From NCBI GenBank assembly GCA_004431415.1, contig QPMI01000477.1:434001-498000 (forward strand): a stretch of 64,000 bases of DNA, read 5' to 3'. Positions 21,644 to 34,019 of this stretch are shown here, in pieces. Both the position numbers and the translations under genes were made by a program. Position 1 is the first letter of the stretch, and each line of letters starts with the position of its first letter. The DNA comes from Cyanophora paradoxa CCMP329. Taxonomy: Eukaryota > Plantae > Glaucophyta. Below the pieces are notes generated by a model. The model had not been told where the DNA came from. It ran no database searches and saw only the letters and a program-made list of their open reading frames with translations.

Positions 21644-22623
21644 ACCGCTCCGCCGCCTTCATCAGGCCAATCGAGCCCTCCTGGATGAGGTCCTGCAGCG
21701 GCATCGTGTGCTTGTTCGCGTACTTCTTTGCGATAGACACCACCCATCTAAGCGAGCGCGTGCGAGCGGCGCGGGCTCGCGGCGTCAGCCGGGGGAAGGA
21801 ACGGCAGCTACGGGGACGCATGCACCGGAGGTTGCTCTGCACGAGGCGGGCGCGTGCCCTCCTCCCCTTCAAGATCCGCGACTGGAATGCTGGACCCGGC
21901 TGCGTTCCGGCGGCCTGCGCGAGATTGGAGAGTGAGCGCATGCGCGCACGCGTGCCGCGGGGCGGGCGGACCATTGCCCACTCGTCTTCCCGCGGCTCGC
22001 GCCCAATACGAGCGGCAAGGCGCTTCTTAACAGTCTCCAGCTGAACCAAGTCGCGAATCTGACGGCTGAGCTCGATCTCCTCCTCCGCCGAAAGCAGCTC
22101 GAACGACCCGACCTCTGCGGGGCGCGGGGGCGTCAGGCAGACCACATAGGCGTTACGGCAAGGACTCTTACCCTTGATAAACTGTGCGATAGAAGGGGGC
22201 GCGCGGCAGGTTAGCGAGCGCAAGGAAAACGCACAGTCGGCACATACCGAGTTAAACGAGTCCTGCGCGACAACCAAACGTTAGAAAGGCAACGAGAGCA
22301 CCGGTGGCTGCACGCACGCTGGAGCCTCCAGCCCGTCGCCCACGTCGCTCCACCGGCATCGACACTTTCGGTTTCTCCTCCTTAGTTTCCGGCGGCGCCG
22401 CCGCCTCCATCCTTACAGAGCTCGACACCCATTGCAAACTCTTCCGACCAGAGTGCTCAAAACGTGGCCCGCTGACCTGCTCGCCGGCCCAGGTTCGCGC
22501 TATCCGCCGCCTCGGTGCCGGCGCCAGGAGGGAGCAAAAGCCGATATCCCGAGGCGCTGGAGATGGTGCTGCGTTCGACGCCTGCCGGACAGCCGCTGGT
22601 ACCGCGAAAGCCGCCTCCATCAT
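20688..22623 (-). CDS. rpoD: Nucleus-encoded, plastid-targeted RNA polymerase sigma-70 factor (cyanobacterial RpoD/SigA-like)
   Basis: Region 1.2 [28 protein letters not shown]; cyanobacterial-type insert [15 protein letters not shown]; 2.1-2.2 [43 protein letters not shown]; 2.3-2.4 [10 protein letters not shown]; region 3 [11 protein letters not shown]; 4.2 [28 protein letters not shown]-terminal presequence MMEAAFAVP...VRM-EA. Multiple GT-AG introns. Confidence 0.95.
22410..22623 (-). other. Plastid (muroplast) transit peptide of the sigma factor
   Basis: Phe near the N-terminus (AAF), Ala/Ser/Arg-rich, internal GFC motif and VRM-EA cleavage-like end, typical of glaucophyte presequences. 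Confidence 0.75.
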
Positions 22624-22856
22624 GGCGATATGAAGCTGTGGAGGGGTACGCAGACTCTTCCATGGCCACTTGAGCCCGTCGGCCCAGAGCTCGCTCCCCG
22701 CGCTCGACATCGCGTCCGTGAGCGTGCGCCACCGCTTTCAGAGCTCGCGAACGCAGCCCGCCGAGCGCGACCGGTGCTGTGCGCGTGCGGTGTGCTGCGC
22801 CCTCTAACCGGCTCGGGTATCGGACAGCAGAATTAAGACGTGCACAATCAAAGAGT

Positions 22857-24166
22857 CTAGCCGACGAGGCGGCCCCAGGAATCGACGTTGAGCGCGCGGC
22901 TGGTGATGCTCCCGAGGCGCTCGTCGACTTCCACCTTCTCGCGCGCCCGGCGCCGTCTGCGCCACGCCAGGAAGGCCGCAGCAACGATTGCGGCGGCGGC
23001 GGCCGAGCCGAGCGCCAGCCCGATAGCCAGGCCACGGTTGCCGCCGCCGCCGCCGCCGCCGCCTTCCCCCGCCGCGCCCCCGCGCGCCGGCGCCGGCGGC
23101 ACGCCGTAGTCGTCTGCCAGCGTCGATAGCGGCGGCTCTCTCGCTGCGGAGGCGTTCACGGGCGGCCGCGGGCCCGGCGGTGCGTCTGCGGCCGCCGAAA
23201 TTCAGTCGCGGTTGCGGGGGCGGGCGGCGCGTCTGGATCGGGCGGCGCGTCTGGATCGGGGATCGATATCGTACCGTCGGGGCAGGTCTCGCCGGAAAGG
23301 CAGTTCGCGAGGCCCCGCGTCCCGAAGGAGAGCTTCTCGCAGTCGAGGTGGAAGACCGTCCGCAGGGAGCACCTGCGTACGGGTCGGATCAGCGGGCGGC
23401 GGGCGGCAGGCGAGGCCAGGGCGGGAAAGTTGCAAGCGCACCACTCGATGTCGGGGTCGCACACGTCCGCGGGACACGCGCACGCCGCGTACTGGCCTGC
23501 GCGGCGCCGTTAAAAGCGGCGTCGACGTCTGGATCCGGAAGCTTAAGCCGCGAGCCAAAAGGGGAACCTTTGACGAGGAAGTGCACGGGGCTCGTCACGG
23601 CGGGCACCTCTGTGTTGCGCACGCGGAAGAGGTAGACGACGGGCGTCTCCAGGCCGCAGTTGCGGACCTCGATCGGCAGGGGCGCGGCGGCGGTGCACGC
23701 GCCCCTGCCGCAGGAGCGCACGCCCGAGCTGCAGGGGCGTCTTCTCACAAGGCAGGGGCGGGGCTTAAGCTAAGGGGCCCGAGAGAGAAGAGGCTGCACG
23801 TGCCGCCACGTCGCGTCGGGGCCGCCCTCGCGCTCGAATTCGATCTGGGCGACCGTCGAGTTCTGCGAACCGGCGCACGCGGACGGGGTCAATGGAAAGG
23901 AAACGTTGAATACTAGGAATCGGGTGCACCTTTTTCACAAACCAGACGATCCCCCGCCGCTGCGCCGGTACTGCAAGGCGGAAGGTGCGGGCGCGCAGAA
24001 CAAGCGATGGGGAGCCATCCCACGTAAAAGCGAGCCCCGGGATACGATTCAGATCGACGAGCGGCTCCGCATCATCGCTGGCGCCGCCAACGAGCGGCTC
24101 AACGACCGACGCCATCAATATCGCCAGCGCCAGCACGAGAGGCAGAGCGCGAGCGGATCGGCCCAT
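22857..24166 (-). CDS. Hypothetical type-I membrane protein (signal peptide, Cys-containing ectodomain, Pro/Gly linker, TM, short tail)
   Basis: MGRSARALPLVLALAILMASVVEPLVGG signal; Cys-rich exons (CTAAAP..RNCG, CDPDIEWCAC, LDCEKLS..NCLSGETCP); TM GLAIGLALGSAAAAAIVAAAFLAW followed by RRRRR; TAG at 22857-22859. Confidence 0.7.
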
Positions 24167-24413
24167 CTTCGGACACTCCAGAGGCGCTGCTAGGACCTGC
24201 GATCCGCGTCGGCGCGTCCTGTGTGCAGCTGGGGCTGGGCGAGCGAAGGCTCGCGCGCTCGACGGCTCACCCGTTTCCCGACGAGCTCCTCCGTGTGACT
24301 TTCGTGCAGCCCTGCGCGAGTTGTCGCGCCTTTGCGAGCGCGATCCGCGCAACGGAGCACCGGGAGCACAGCCAGCCGGGTACGCGGTCTCGGCGCGTGG
24401 TAAAACTGCGGCC
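24167..24413. promoter_or_regulatory. Short divergent (bidirectional) promoter region
   Basis: Head-to-head ATGs at 24166 (-) and 24414 (+), only 247 bp apart. Confidence 0.45.
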
Positions 24414-25492
24414 ATGACGGGCGATGGCACCCCGGGCGGCATCAGCGAGCGCCTGCGCACGCGGATCTTGGTCGACTGGTCCGCTAGCGCCAAGGTACCG
24501 CCGAGCCGACCACAGCCACGCGCATCGTGGCTGAGCCGCTGAGCCCGGTTCCCGCCGCAGATGAGCTCCGCTGCATTTGAGGCACACTGCAAAGATCTCA
24601 AGTTGAGTGGAGTCGTTCGAATTGAGCCGGCCGACAGGTGCCCGCCGCCGAGCGCTCCAACAATTCTCCGCGGCTCGCCAAACGTAGGACGCGCGAGCAG
24701 CGACGCGACAGAAAAGTGCTGCATCGTCTTTGCCGACTTCGAGAGCGCTTCGGCCGCACGGTGCGCCCTTCAGTTGCACACGTGGAGCTCGCGCGCGCTC
24801 GCTGCGAATGCTGATTGAATCGCCCGCGCGCGGCCGCCGCAGACTCGCCCTAGACGACAGGCCCGTTCCGGTGTGTACCTCTGCCTCGAGCGAGCGCGAC
24901 GCGCTCTTAGATCGGCCGCGTCGCAGGGTGCCGGCCCGGCCGCGACCAAAAGGATGCGGGCGCGGTTCAACCCCGAAGCCTGGCTCGAGGAGTTCGAATC
25001 AGACGCCAAAGCCCTCTCCAAGGCGAAAGCAAGGCTGCGCGTGTCCCTGGAAAGTGCGCTGCGGCCGGCGCGGTCCCGGCCCCCGCGCGCGCGGCGGCGC
25101 GCTCGATCGCGCCCACGGCCGATCCCGCCCCGCCGGCGCGCGCGCGCAGATTGCGTCGAGGGCGGCGCGGGCGGCTCGGGCGTGAAATCGGACCTGAGGA
25201 GAGCTTTCTCGAAGTACGGCGCGGTGGACTCCGTCGAGTACAGGGACCGCTCGAGCTCGGCGGTGGTCGAGGTGCGAGCTCGAGCCCGCCCGGCGAGGTT
25301 TCTCGAGTTCGAACCGCGGGCCGCCCTCGCAGTTCCGAAGCACGCCGGAGGCGCTGGCCGCGATGCACCTGTGCCGGGGCGCGCCGTTCCTGAAGGGCAA
25401 GCTGGCCGCCCAGCCCCTCGAGGTGCGCGCCGGCCCCGCCAGGCCAGGCGAGGTCGAGCGGCGCGGACGCGGGCGGGGCGGGACGCAGGATC

Positions 25493-25524
<32 letters not shown>

Positions 25525-27865
25525 CCCCGCAGGGGCGGCGAAGAAGCCCCGTCCAAGAAGGGCGGGGAGCCCGGCGCGGCGCCGCACTGGCCCAGGCCCG
25601 GGGACATCAGGAGGCGAACGGTCTTCGTGGGCCGCTGGGGCCTCGGCGTACCCCGCTCCGTCGAGGAGGTCACCGAGTCCCTCCAGGCCTCCGGCATCCT
25701 GTGCGCCCGCCCGAATCGTGTACCCCCCGCGCCGCCCGTGCGCGGGGCTTGACGCGTACCCCCCCCTCCCTCCCCGCAGCAAGGGCCGCGTGGAGCTCGT
25801 CGTACTGGTACGGCAGAACTATTACGGGTCCGCGCTTCCCCCTTACCCCCCCCCCCTCCCCCTCCCCCCCCGCCGGGCTCTCACCCACCACCCGGGTGCA
25901 GCTTCGTGCTCCTGGAGAAGGAGGAGGACGCGAGGACGCTCATCGCGAAGGGATCGCTGCGCTTCGTCAGAGAGCCCAACAAGCAGCCCATGCTCATAGG
26001 ACCCGACCTCGGCCCGGTGCGCTATATATAGCCGGCGCTGGCGTACGAGGGAGTCTGACCCGTGAACTCCGGTTCGGTACCCCGGCAGGGCGCCACCCTG
26101 CTCATTGAGAAGCTGGAGGCGCAGGCGAAGAAGCCGTTAGGGTCCCCCCGCCCCCGATCCCGCTCCCGCTCCCGCTCCCGCGGCCGGTCCGCGCGGGCGC
26201 GCGCGCGTACCCCCCGCCCCGCCCCCCGCCCCCGACGCCCGCGTTCGCACAGGGCGGCGAGCCCGCCGAAGAAGCGCGCCAGGAGCAGGAGCCGAAGCCG
26301 CAGCCGGAGTCGAAGAGAGGGCGAGGAGAAGAAGAAGAAGGAGGCGGAGGATGGGCGGCGCCGGCGGCGCAGCGCGAGCCCGCCGCGGAGCAGCGGCCGC
26401 GGGGACAAGCGGCGGCCGCGGCGCCGCAGCCGGAGCCCAGCCAAGGGCCCTCCGGAGCGGCCCCAGGCCGGCGCCGCTCCGCCGCCGGCGCCGGCGGCGC
26501 TGGCTGGCGTCGCCAAGCGGCCGGCGGCCGTCGCCGCGGCGGCGGCCGCCCCCGCTCCCGCCCCAGAGCCGCCCCGGCGGGCCGCCGCCCCTCCGGAGCC
26601 GGAGCCCTCGGCGCCCCCGCTCGCGCCTTCGGCCCCGGCCCGCCCCCTCCCGCGCCCGGGCCGGCGCCGGCGCCGGCCCCTCAGCAGCCGCCGCCGCCGG
26701 TCCCGGCCGCGCCCTCCTTCCCTGCCTTCCTTCAGGACCGGGACGGCTCCCCCGCCACCTCCCCCGCCGCCTCGCACCACCTCTCCCTGGGCGCCGTCAG
26801 CCCCCCGCGCCCCTTCCCGGGCGCCCCGCCCGCCAGCCCGCCCCGCTCCTCGCCCGCCCCCCGAGACCCTGGCGCCCCGCCGCTCGCCTCCGCCGCCCCC
26901 GGCTCTCCTCCCCGCTTCGGTGACGCCAGCACCGCCCAGCTCTTCCGGATGTGCGTACCCTTTCTCTTCCCCCCTTCCCCTCCATCTCGAAACTCCCCAC
27001 CCGCCGCCGACGTGGACGGGGGTACAGGTGCGCGGCCGAGGCGGAGATGCGCGAGCATGCGGAGAGGCGGGCGCAGGCGGCCGCGGCGGAGGCCGAAGCG
27101 CTGCGCACGAAGGCGCGCTCGCGCGCGCCTGCGCACCCTCGAAAGTTTCCCGCCCGAATTCGAACCCGCGAAACGCAGGTAGGCGACCTGGAGCGCGAGC
27201 GGGAGGAGCTCATGTCGCTCGTAGCATGGCAGAACGAAGAGCTTGACCGATTCCGAAAGGCGCAGGTACCCCCATCACTATCCTCCCCCCTCCCCTCCCT
27301 GAGCGACAGGAGCTCATGTTGCTCGTGACGTGGCAGAACGAACAGAGCGAAGAGCTCGACAGGCTTCGCAAGGCGAAGGTACCCCCATCACTATCCTCCC
27401 CCGTCCTCCGCTCCTCCCCCTCCCCTCCCCTCCCCGAGCGACAGGAGCTCATGTTGCTCGTGGCGTGGCAGAACGAACAGAGCGAAGAGCTCGACAGGCT
27501 TCGCAACGCGCGGGTACCCCCATTACTATCCCCCTCCCTCCCTCCCTCCCCCGGCCCCCCCCTCCCCCCCCGGACCCCGCGCCCCGCTCCCCGCTCCTGA
27601 CCGGCAGCAGGCCCAAGCGGACGCCGGCGCTGTACCCGCCTCCAAGTACGAGGCCGTGAAGGTACCCCCCCTGCATGGCGTCCCAGTGCCCCCCGGCGGG
27701 GCCGACTCCGAGCGTTGACGTCGAGGGGGTACGCAGAAAGCGTACTTCGCGGAGAACGCGTGGGTGCGGCAGCTGGAGGCGCTGCTGCAAGGCCACAGCA
27801 TCGGCCTCCCCGCCAGCTCCGAGCCCCGCCCCCGTGGGAGCGGCGGCTCCGCGCCGGCGTCGTAG
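24414..27865 (+). CDS. Multi-RRM RNA-binding protein with RS-rich and Pro-rich regions and a C-terminal coiled coil
   Basis: RRM-like segments: CCIVFADFESASAA; DLRRAFSKYGAVDSVEY...AVVEFRSTPEALAAM; RTVFVGRW...NYYGFVLLEKEEDA. RSRSRSRS tracts at 26150-26320. Terminal exon KAYFAENAWVRQLEALL...APAS, TAG 27863-27865. Confidence 0.75.
27179..27560 (+). repeat. Triplicated exon-intron module (ELMLLVAWQNEQSEELDRLRKA)
   Basis: Exons 27179-27265, 27310-27378 and 27445-27513, each followed by the intron start gtacccccat(c/t)actatcc. Confidence 0.9.
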
Positions 27866-28429
27866 TTACGAAAGCATGCGCAATGTCGAAATTCTAAAAA
27901 AGCAAGAATTCGAAAGCTTACAGTACTGTGATAGTTGATAAAAGAGTGCTTAAGCTAAAACAATCGCACTGTGCACTACGCTCCCACTACACGAATCGAA
28001 CCAATGAATTCTGATTTAATCTATATAGCTAGCTATAGATCTGGTGACTGAACGCGCATGCACATGCACGGACACTTAAGTTTACTACTACTCTAAATTC
28101 ACGCTGATGAGAGGTCCATATGCGCTGGAATACGAACGCCACACTAAAGCTACATGCAAAAGAATATTGTGAATGCGAACGCTACATTACAGCGAAGTCG
28201 ACGTGTGTCTCTAAAAAAATCATTAATATTATCAGTGCACACGCTGTGTGCCACCTCCTTAGCTTAAGAATGAACGTAGACTGGCCTCTTGCACTAGATG
28301 ATTAGTCGTGACAGCTCTAGACTTTAGACGATGTATGAAGAGCTTTAGACGATTAGACTGAATCTAAATCTGAACGGAATGTGCTAACTTGCAGTTGCTG
28401 CACTGCATCGAATCCGCCTCCTTGAAGCT

Positions 28430-31400
28430 TTAGTGAGCGGACGGGCGCCGCGACATGAATCGGAGTCCGAGCTTCGGCGTTCGCTCCGGGCGCCGAACGT
28501 CCGCGGACCCGCCGTCCGCCTCCTCCCCCACGTCCTCGAGATCGTGGCCGACGAACGCGGCGGCGCGGAGGGGCGACGTCTCCAGCTCGCGATCGCGGGC
28601 GGCGGCGGCGGTGGTGTGGGCGCGCCGCAGCTGGAGAAACAGGCTGTGGACCGACCCAGGGCCCGCCCCCGTCGGGACCGCCGCTCGCGCCGGCGCCGAG
28701 GTGGCCTTCCCAAGGCCATGGCCAGACGGAGGGGACCCTGGCTCGGCGGCCTGGAGCTGCAGCACGAAAACAAAGCCGTGAGAAAGCGGGAGGGGATTCG
28801 AAGGAGGTGCGGGCGGCAGCTGCGTGCATGTGCGCACCCGAGCGAAGCTGAGAGTGTTGGAGCGCTCCAGAGCCTTGCGGCGCCAGCCGCTGGCGGCGCT
28901 CGCGAGGCGCGCGTGGGTGCGGGCGGCGGAGCGCGCCGCCTCCAGTGCGAGCGGGTCCTGCTCCCGAACCGTCACCATCGGGGAGTCGTCGACGTCCGCG
29001 TCCCACGAAGCCCCATGCCCAGCGTCCGCCGCCGCCGCGCCGTCGGGCTTTGGTACCGCCCGCGGCGGCTCGAAGGAGAAGGTGCCCCGCAGGGTCGACC
29101 CCACCCGTAGAAGGCGCGACTTCCGCGGCACGCCCAGGCCTGCACACGCCCGGCCCGGCACGGAACCGAATTCAGCGCTCGCGAACAGGCAACGCGACGT
29201 CGACGGGTCGCGATCGCCAGGCTAGGCGTGCCCGCGTGCGCACCAGGGCTGCGGGGCGAGGCGCCCGCACCGTTATCGGATTCGGCATTGAGATTGTGCA
29301 CCACCGGCCGTGACGCCGCCTCAAGATCGGGATCGGTTTCGGTGACCGCGACGGCATCCGTCGGCGCCTCTTCGGAGATGGCGACTCTCCTTCGCGTGAA
29401 GGTGCGCCGCAGGCGGCTGAAACCTCCCCTGGGCGAATGTGGCCCGCCAGCCTTCGGCGTCGCCCCTCCAGCCAGCACCTAGAAGCCGCACCCCCGGCCC
29501 GAGGCAGCGATCAGAAACCATGTCGCGATCGTTAATCGATCCGTCATTGAAGTGACGCGCGCCGCGCGCCCCACGCACCTTCTCCATCTGCTTGCGGTTC
29601 CAGTGCATGTCCTCGTCGTCCTCCTGCTGCTGCCCGCTGAAGAGCAGCGGCACCTGAATGTCGAACGCCCGGTAGCTCTGCCGGTCACCGGGTGGCGGCG
29701 TAATTATAAACTGAAGGCCGGCAATGTTCACGCGGTCGGATCGGACCTCGCAGTTGCGCAGCTGCTCGTGCTCAATGCGGAAGAGGTTCCAGAGGCAGCG
29801 CCGCGCCGCTTCCAATATCGCGAATGCGGCCTTCAGCAGCTGCGCCCCCATGCCCCCGCCCTGCACCCGGGGCGTCAGCAGGCGGGAAAGGGGCGCACGT
29901 TCGATTTTAAAGATTATCGAGTCGCGCACGAGGAGGCCCGTGTTGGTCTGGAAGACCCAGGTTAGACGGATGGCCACGTTCGCCCAGAGCGCGAAGTGGT
30001 ACACCTGCCGCGCAAAGCGTCGGCGAGGAAGCTACTCGTAAAGCAGAAGTAACGCGCGAGAGCCGAGGCGCACGCACCCACGTCTGCTCAAAGAGGCGGG
30101 AGGAGCGCAGGCGGCAGCGCGAGACGATGCCGAGTTTCTTGACCAGGAAACGTAGGTCGAAGCGCCGCGGCGGCCGCTGCGCATGCGGCGCGTGCGCGGG
30201 CGAGTGCGCGCGGTCCTTGGGCTCGGGGTCGACGTGGATGAGGCCCCAGTCGTGGTGGATGTCCCAGTACAGCTTGTGGATGGTGCTCCAGATGGACACG
30301 AGGATGAAGACTGCGAAGAAAGCACTGCCCACTGCGATCCGCGAACGGAACGGAGCGCGCCGCGGCCGGTCAGCGTCGACGTCGTGATCGAATTCGAAAA
30401 GCGAAACGTGAATTTGAACAGGTGCACCGCCGGCGACGTCGTGAAAGGCGCTGTAGATGGCGTACGTCACGACGGAGAGGATCGAGCTGAAATACCTGCA
30501 CACGGCCCCGGCGTGCAACGTTAACGTCAGGGACGCTTACCGAACCCGCGGGAACGCGCAGCAACGATAATGCGCACTTGAGGGCGTTCCACAGCTGAGC
30601 GTTGCGCCCCTTCGGCTGTCCCCACAGGTCCCGCACCCGCCGCAAGCACTGTGCCATTCTGCGCTCGCGCGCGATTGTTTAGAGCTCCGCGAATTTAAAT
30701 CAATATTCGGCGTGCGCGCGGACCGGATCCAGAAAGGGATGCAGGCGATGACGGGCGTCCACCAGGAGGAGGCGCCGCAGAGCTCGGCGGCATCGGCGGG
30801 GCTGCTGCTCTTGTACGCGCCGTAGAAGCAGACGCTGTAAACGAGGTCCGTCGCCACGATGACCGTGCTCGTCAGCTCTGCGCATGCATGCAGGCCGCGG
30901 CCGGGTCGTCACTCCTATCGTCGCCCAGCGCTGCGTGCACGTGCGCGGAGAGGAAAGGCGCACGGTCGCCCATCCAGAAGTCGCGGAACTTGACGAAGAC
31001 GAACGGCGCCGCGGCGCAACGCAGCACGGTCGACATCGTCCACCGCAGGAGCCCGCAATACCTGCACGCCATTCGAATTCGGGATCGAAGGCGGTATACG
31101 TAGCTGTGGGAACATTCGAATTCGGGCGCGGCGCACTGGTGCTTGGAGCGGCGCTCGGTAAAGTGGACCGGCTGGGGCTTGAGCGCGAATACGGCAAGCA
31201 GGATGAAGGTGTAGAGGGGGATGTACTGCGGCGACACCGCCGACTGCGAGCGGGTCGACGTCGACATTAGCGACCGCGCACGGATGTCGTGCGTAATCGA
31301 TTGTGCATGCGGACCGCGATGGAGAGGCGGAGGTCGGAGCCGGAGGAGATGGAGGAGTGGAAGAGCCAGTACGCGAGCAGCAGCACCGCCGTCATGACCG

Positions 31401-33961
31401 CGGCCGTCTGCACGCGCGGCTCGGCGTTACAGCCCGTGACCCGCGAAGAAGCCCAATGGGCTCGAGAGGCGCCGTGGGCCGCGAGAAGCAGCCACACCTC
31501 GAAGACGACGTGATGGTCGAGGGCGACCTGGGGCTTGATGTCCAGGATGAAGCGGAAGTTGATCCGGTACCGCAGCATACTGCGCCGCCGACATCATGAT
31601 CGATATCAGATTCGGTCGATGGTTTCGATAACGACTCGCAATTGCAATCGGGTCGGCTGGAGCTCACGCGAGGATGATGAAGCCCCAGCACCAAAGGTAT
31701 GCGACGAGGACGCTGATTGGCAGAGGCAAAAAATACCGTCGGGATCGATCGCGAGATCAGCCATCGAACTACGTTAGACCTCTGCCAGACGATAGAAGGG
31801 CGCACGCGATGCCGCGAAATATTGGGAACACAGCGTGCAGCAGCTCCTGGTCGACGTCTTTTGCGAGCGCAACGCTGCGCGCGGTCGAATTAGACACCGA
31901 AACGGCCGCGGCCCAGCGCGAACACGTGCACGCGCGCGCAGGTGGCGCAGCGCGCCTGATTCCGATCGCGATAAGAAGCAGGATGGTCATGCCGATGAAG
32001 AGCCCCTCGAGGAACACGTGCTGCAGCTCGTCGTGAGACCGGGGCGCCGGCGCGCGTTGAGATCGAAGGGGCTGGATGGGAATGTGTGGCGAATTCGAAC
32101 CACTTCGGTGGAGGCGGCCGGCGGCTGCACGCGGAGGCGGTCGCGGGCGTCGCGCATGCGCGAGCCGAAGAACGTGTTGGCGACGAGGGCCGTGATGTCC
32201 CCGCGGAGCCGCTCCAGGATGGACGAGGAGAGGCCGGGCGTGTTCTCGACCGTCTGCCTGAACCCCGGCAGCGTCGTCCGCCGCGTCGTCTTGTCGAACT
32301 TCTGCCCGCGGACCCCGCGATCGGCGCTCGCGCGGATATTTTGCTGTAAAGAAGAATCCACAATCAGTTATGTATATCGAACCTTGACAGCTTTTATCGA
32401 AGCCATGACGTTCAGCAGCCGGAAGCGGTTCTGGCGGCGCTCATCGCAATCAGTAGTGCGCGCGCCGCATGGAGAATGCCGGCGCGGCCACGCTCGAGCT
32501 CGCGGACCTCGAGCATGTCGAGCACGCGCACGAACTCGGCGCACGCCTCGAGGATGCGCTGCCGCGTCCCGCCCGTCGCCTGCACCCCCGCCTTCTGCTT
32601 GCCGCCGCGAGAGCACGGCCGTCAGATTGAGAAGCGGGTGGGCGTGGGCGGGGGAGCTCGAGGGGGCGGGGGCGGGGGCGGGCCTGGAAGGCGGCGATCT
32701 GGTGGCGGATCTCGGCGTACTGCCCCCGCACCTCCTCCACTTTCGCCGTGTAGAAGCCGGCCGCCTTGCGCGTCTCGCTCTCGAGGACGTCGAGGAACGC
32801 CTCCTCGGCCTCCGAGCAGTTCGACTTGTTCGTCTCCGACCAGCGCCGCCAGAGAATGACCGCCCGCACGGCGTCCTTGAACCGCAGCCGCCTCCGCACC
32901 GCGTCCATGCTCAGAGCCGCCGGAGCCTCCGGGCCCGCCGCCGGCGCCGCCGACTGCGCTTCCGGTAGCGCAGGGACGACATCCGCACCTCCGATCGCCG
33001 TCACAGCGTCTGGTGCGGGAGGCGTGCGTGATCATGAGGGGAGGCGGCCGGGCGGTCTATCTATAGGTCTCGCGGAAATTGAATTCGAACGAACCGGCTG
33101 CGGTCGCGGCCGCGGGGGCAGGGGCCGCCGATATCGATTCGGCGGCGGGGACGATTTGGGACAAGGAGGCCGCCCGGGGCCGCGCGGGGTCCGGTCCGGA
33201 CTGCGGGGCGGGGTCCGCCGCTGGGGGACTGAAGCCCGAAAGGCTCTTGGGGAGAGCCCGCGGGGCCGCCGCCGCCGCCGCTGCCGCTGCCGGTGCGGGA
33301 GCCGTGGCTTCGGCCGCGCGCTCCGATCGCAGCCCGAATGAAGGGAGGGAGAAGCGCCGTAGGAGGCTCCTGCCCTGCGCCACCGCCGCCGGCGCCGGCC
33401 GCGGGCCGCCGGGACCTTTGGCTGCAGCAGGGGCCGCGCTGATCGTGACCTCGCATTCGCACGTTGACGACGGCGCGGGCGACACCATTGCCGCCGCCGA
33501 CGCCGGCGCCGGCGCCGACGTGGCTCCTCGGCTTTCTTCTGAACGTCCGAACGATGTGAAGGGCATAGAGCGCATTCGCGGCACACGCCTCTGTTGCCCA
33601 TGGCCGCTTTCGCCGCCGGGCGCGAGGGAGTTCGCTCGCGAGGCCACAGCCTCGCGCTGCTTAAGGAGCTCCCTCGTGCGCTCGACCTGCCTCCGCCGCT
33701 CCGCCCTGATCTCCTTCAGCAGCTTTTTCAGTCTTCGCGGCGCAGGGAGTTGTCAGCGCGGGCGGCCGCAGCCGGTGCAGCGGGGGCGGGGGGCAGGGGC
33801 GGGATCTGCATACAGTTTGTAGTCGATGTACGCGGCCGCCCACTCGGGCACCGCATTCTCCCGAATCTGCGACGAGTAAACGTGGAATTGGTGCGCATGT
33901 ATGCACATGTCATGTGCGAAGTGATTACAAACGCGGCCGTTACCTGTTTCCCAAACTTCAT
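28430..33961 (-). CDS. XPR1: SPX-EXS domain phosphate exporter (PHO1/XPR1/SYG1 family)
   Basis: SPX start MKFGKQ|IRENAVPEWAAAYIDYKL|LKKLLK; EEAFLDVLESETRKAAGFY; RFRLLNVMASIKAVKKFDK. EXS motifs RINFRFIL, VKFRDFWMGDQLTS, IPFWIR..QCLRR, LWNALKY, LYWDIHHDWGL, RRCLWNLFRIEHEQLRNC..YRA. The C-terminal end is less certain. Confidence 0.93.
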
Positions 33962-34019
33962 GGCTGGAACGCTTAAGCTTGAAGGCCTGGGCCGTCGTAT
34001 GTTGCCGATGCGTGTTGAT

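Noticed and set aside
20688-22623. Bacterial contamination or recent HGT suggested by a sigma-70 gene
   Set aside because: It has many spliceosomal introns, host-like composition and a plastid presequence, consistent with ordinary endosymbiotic gene transfer.
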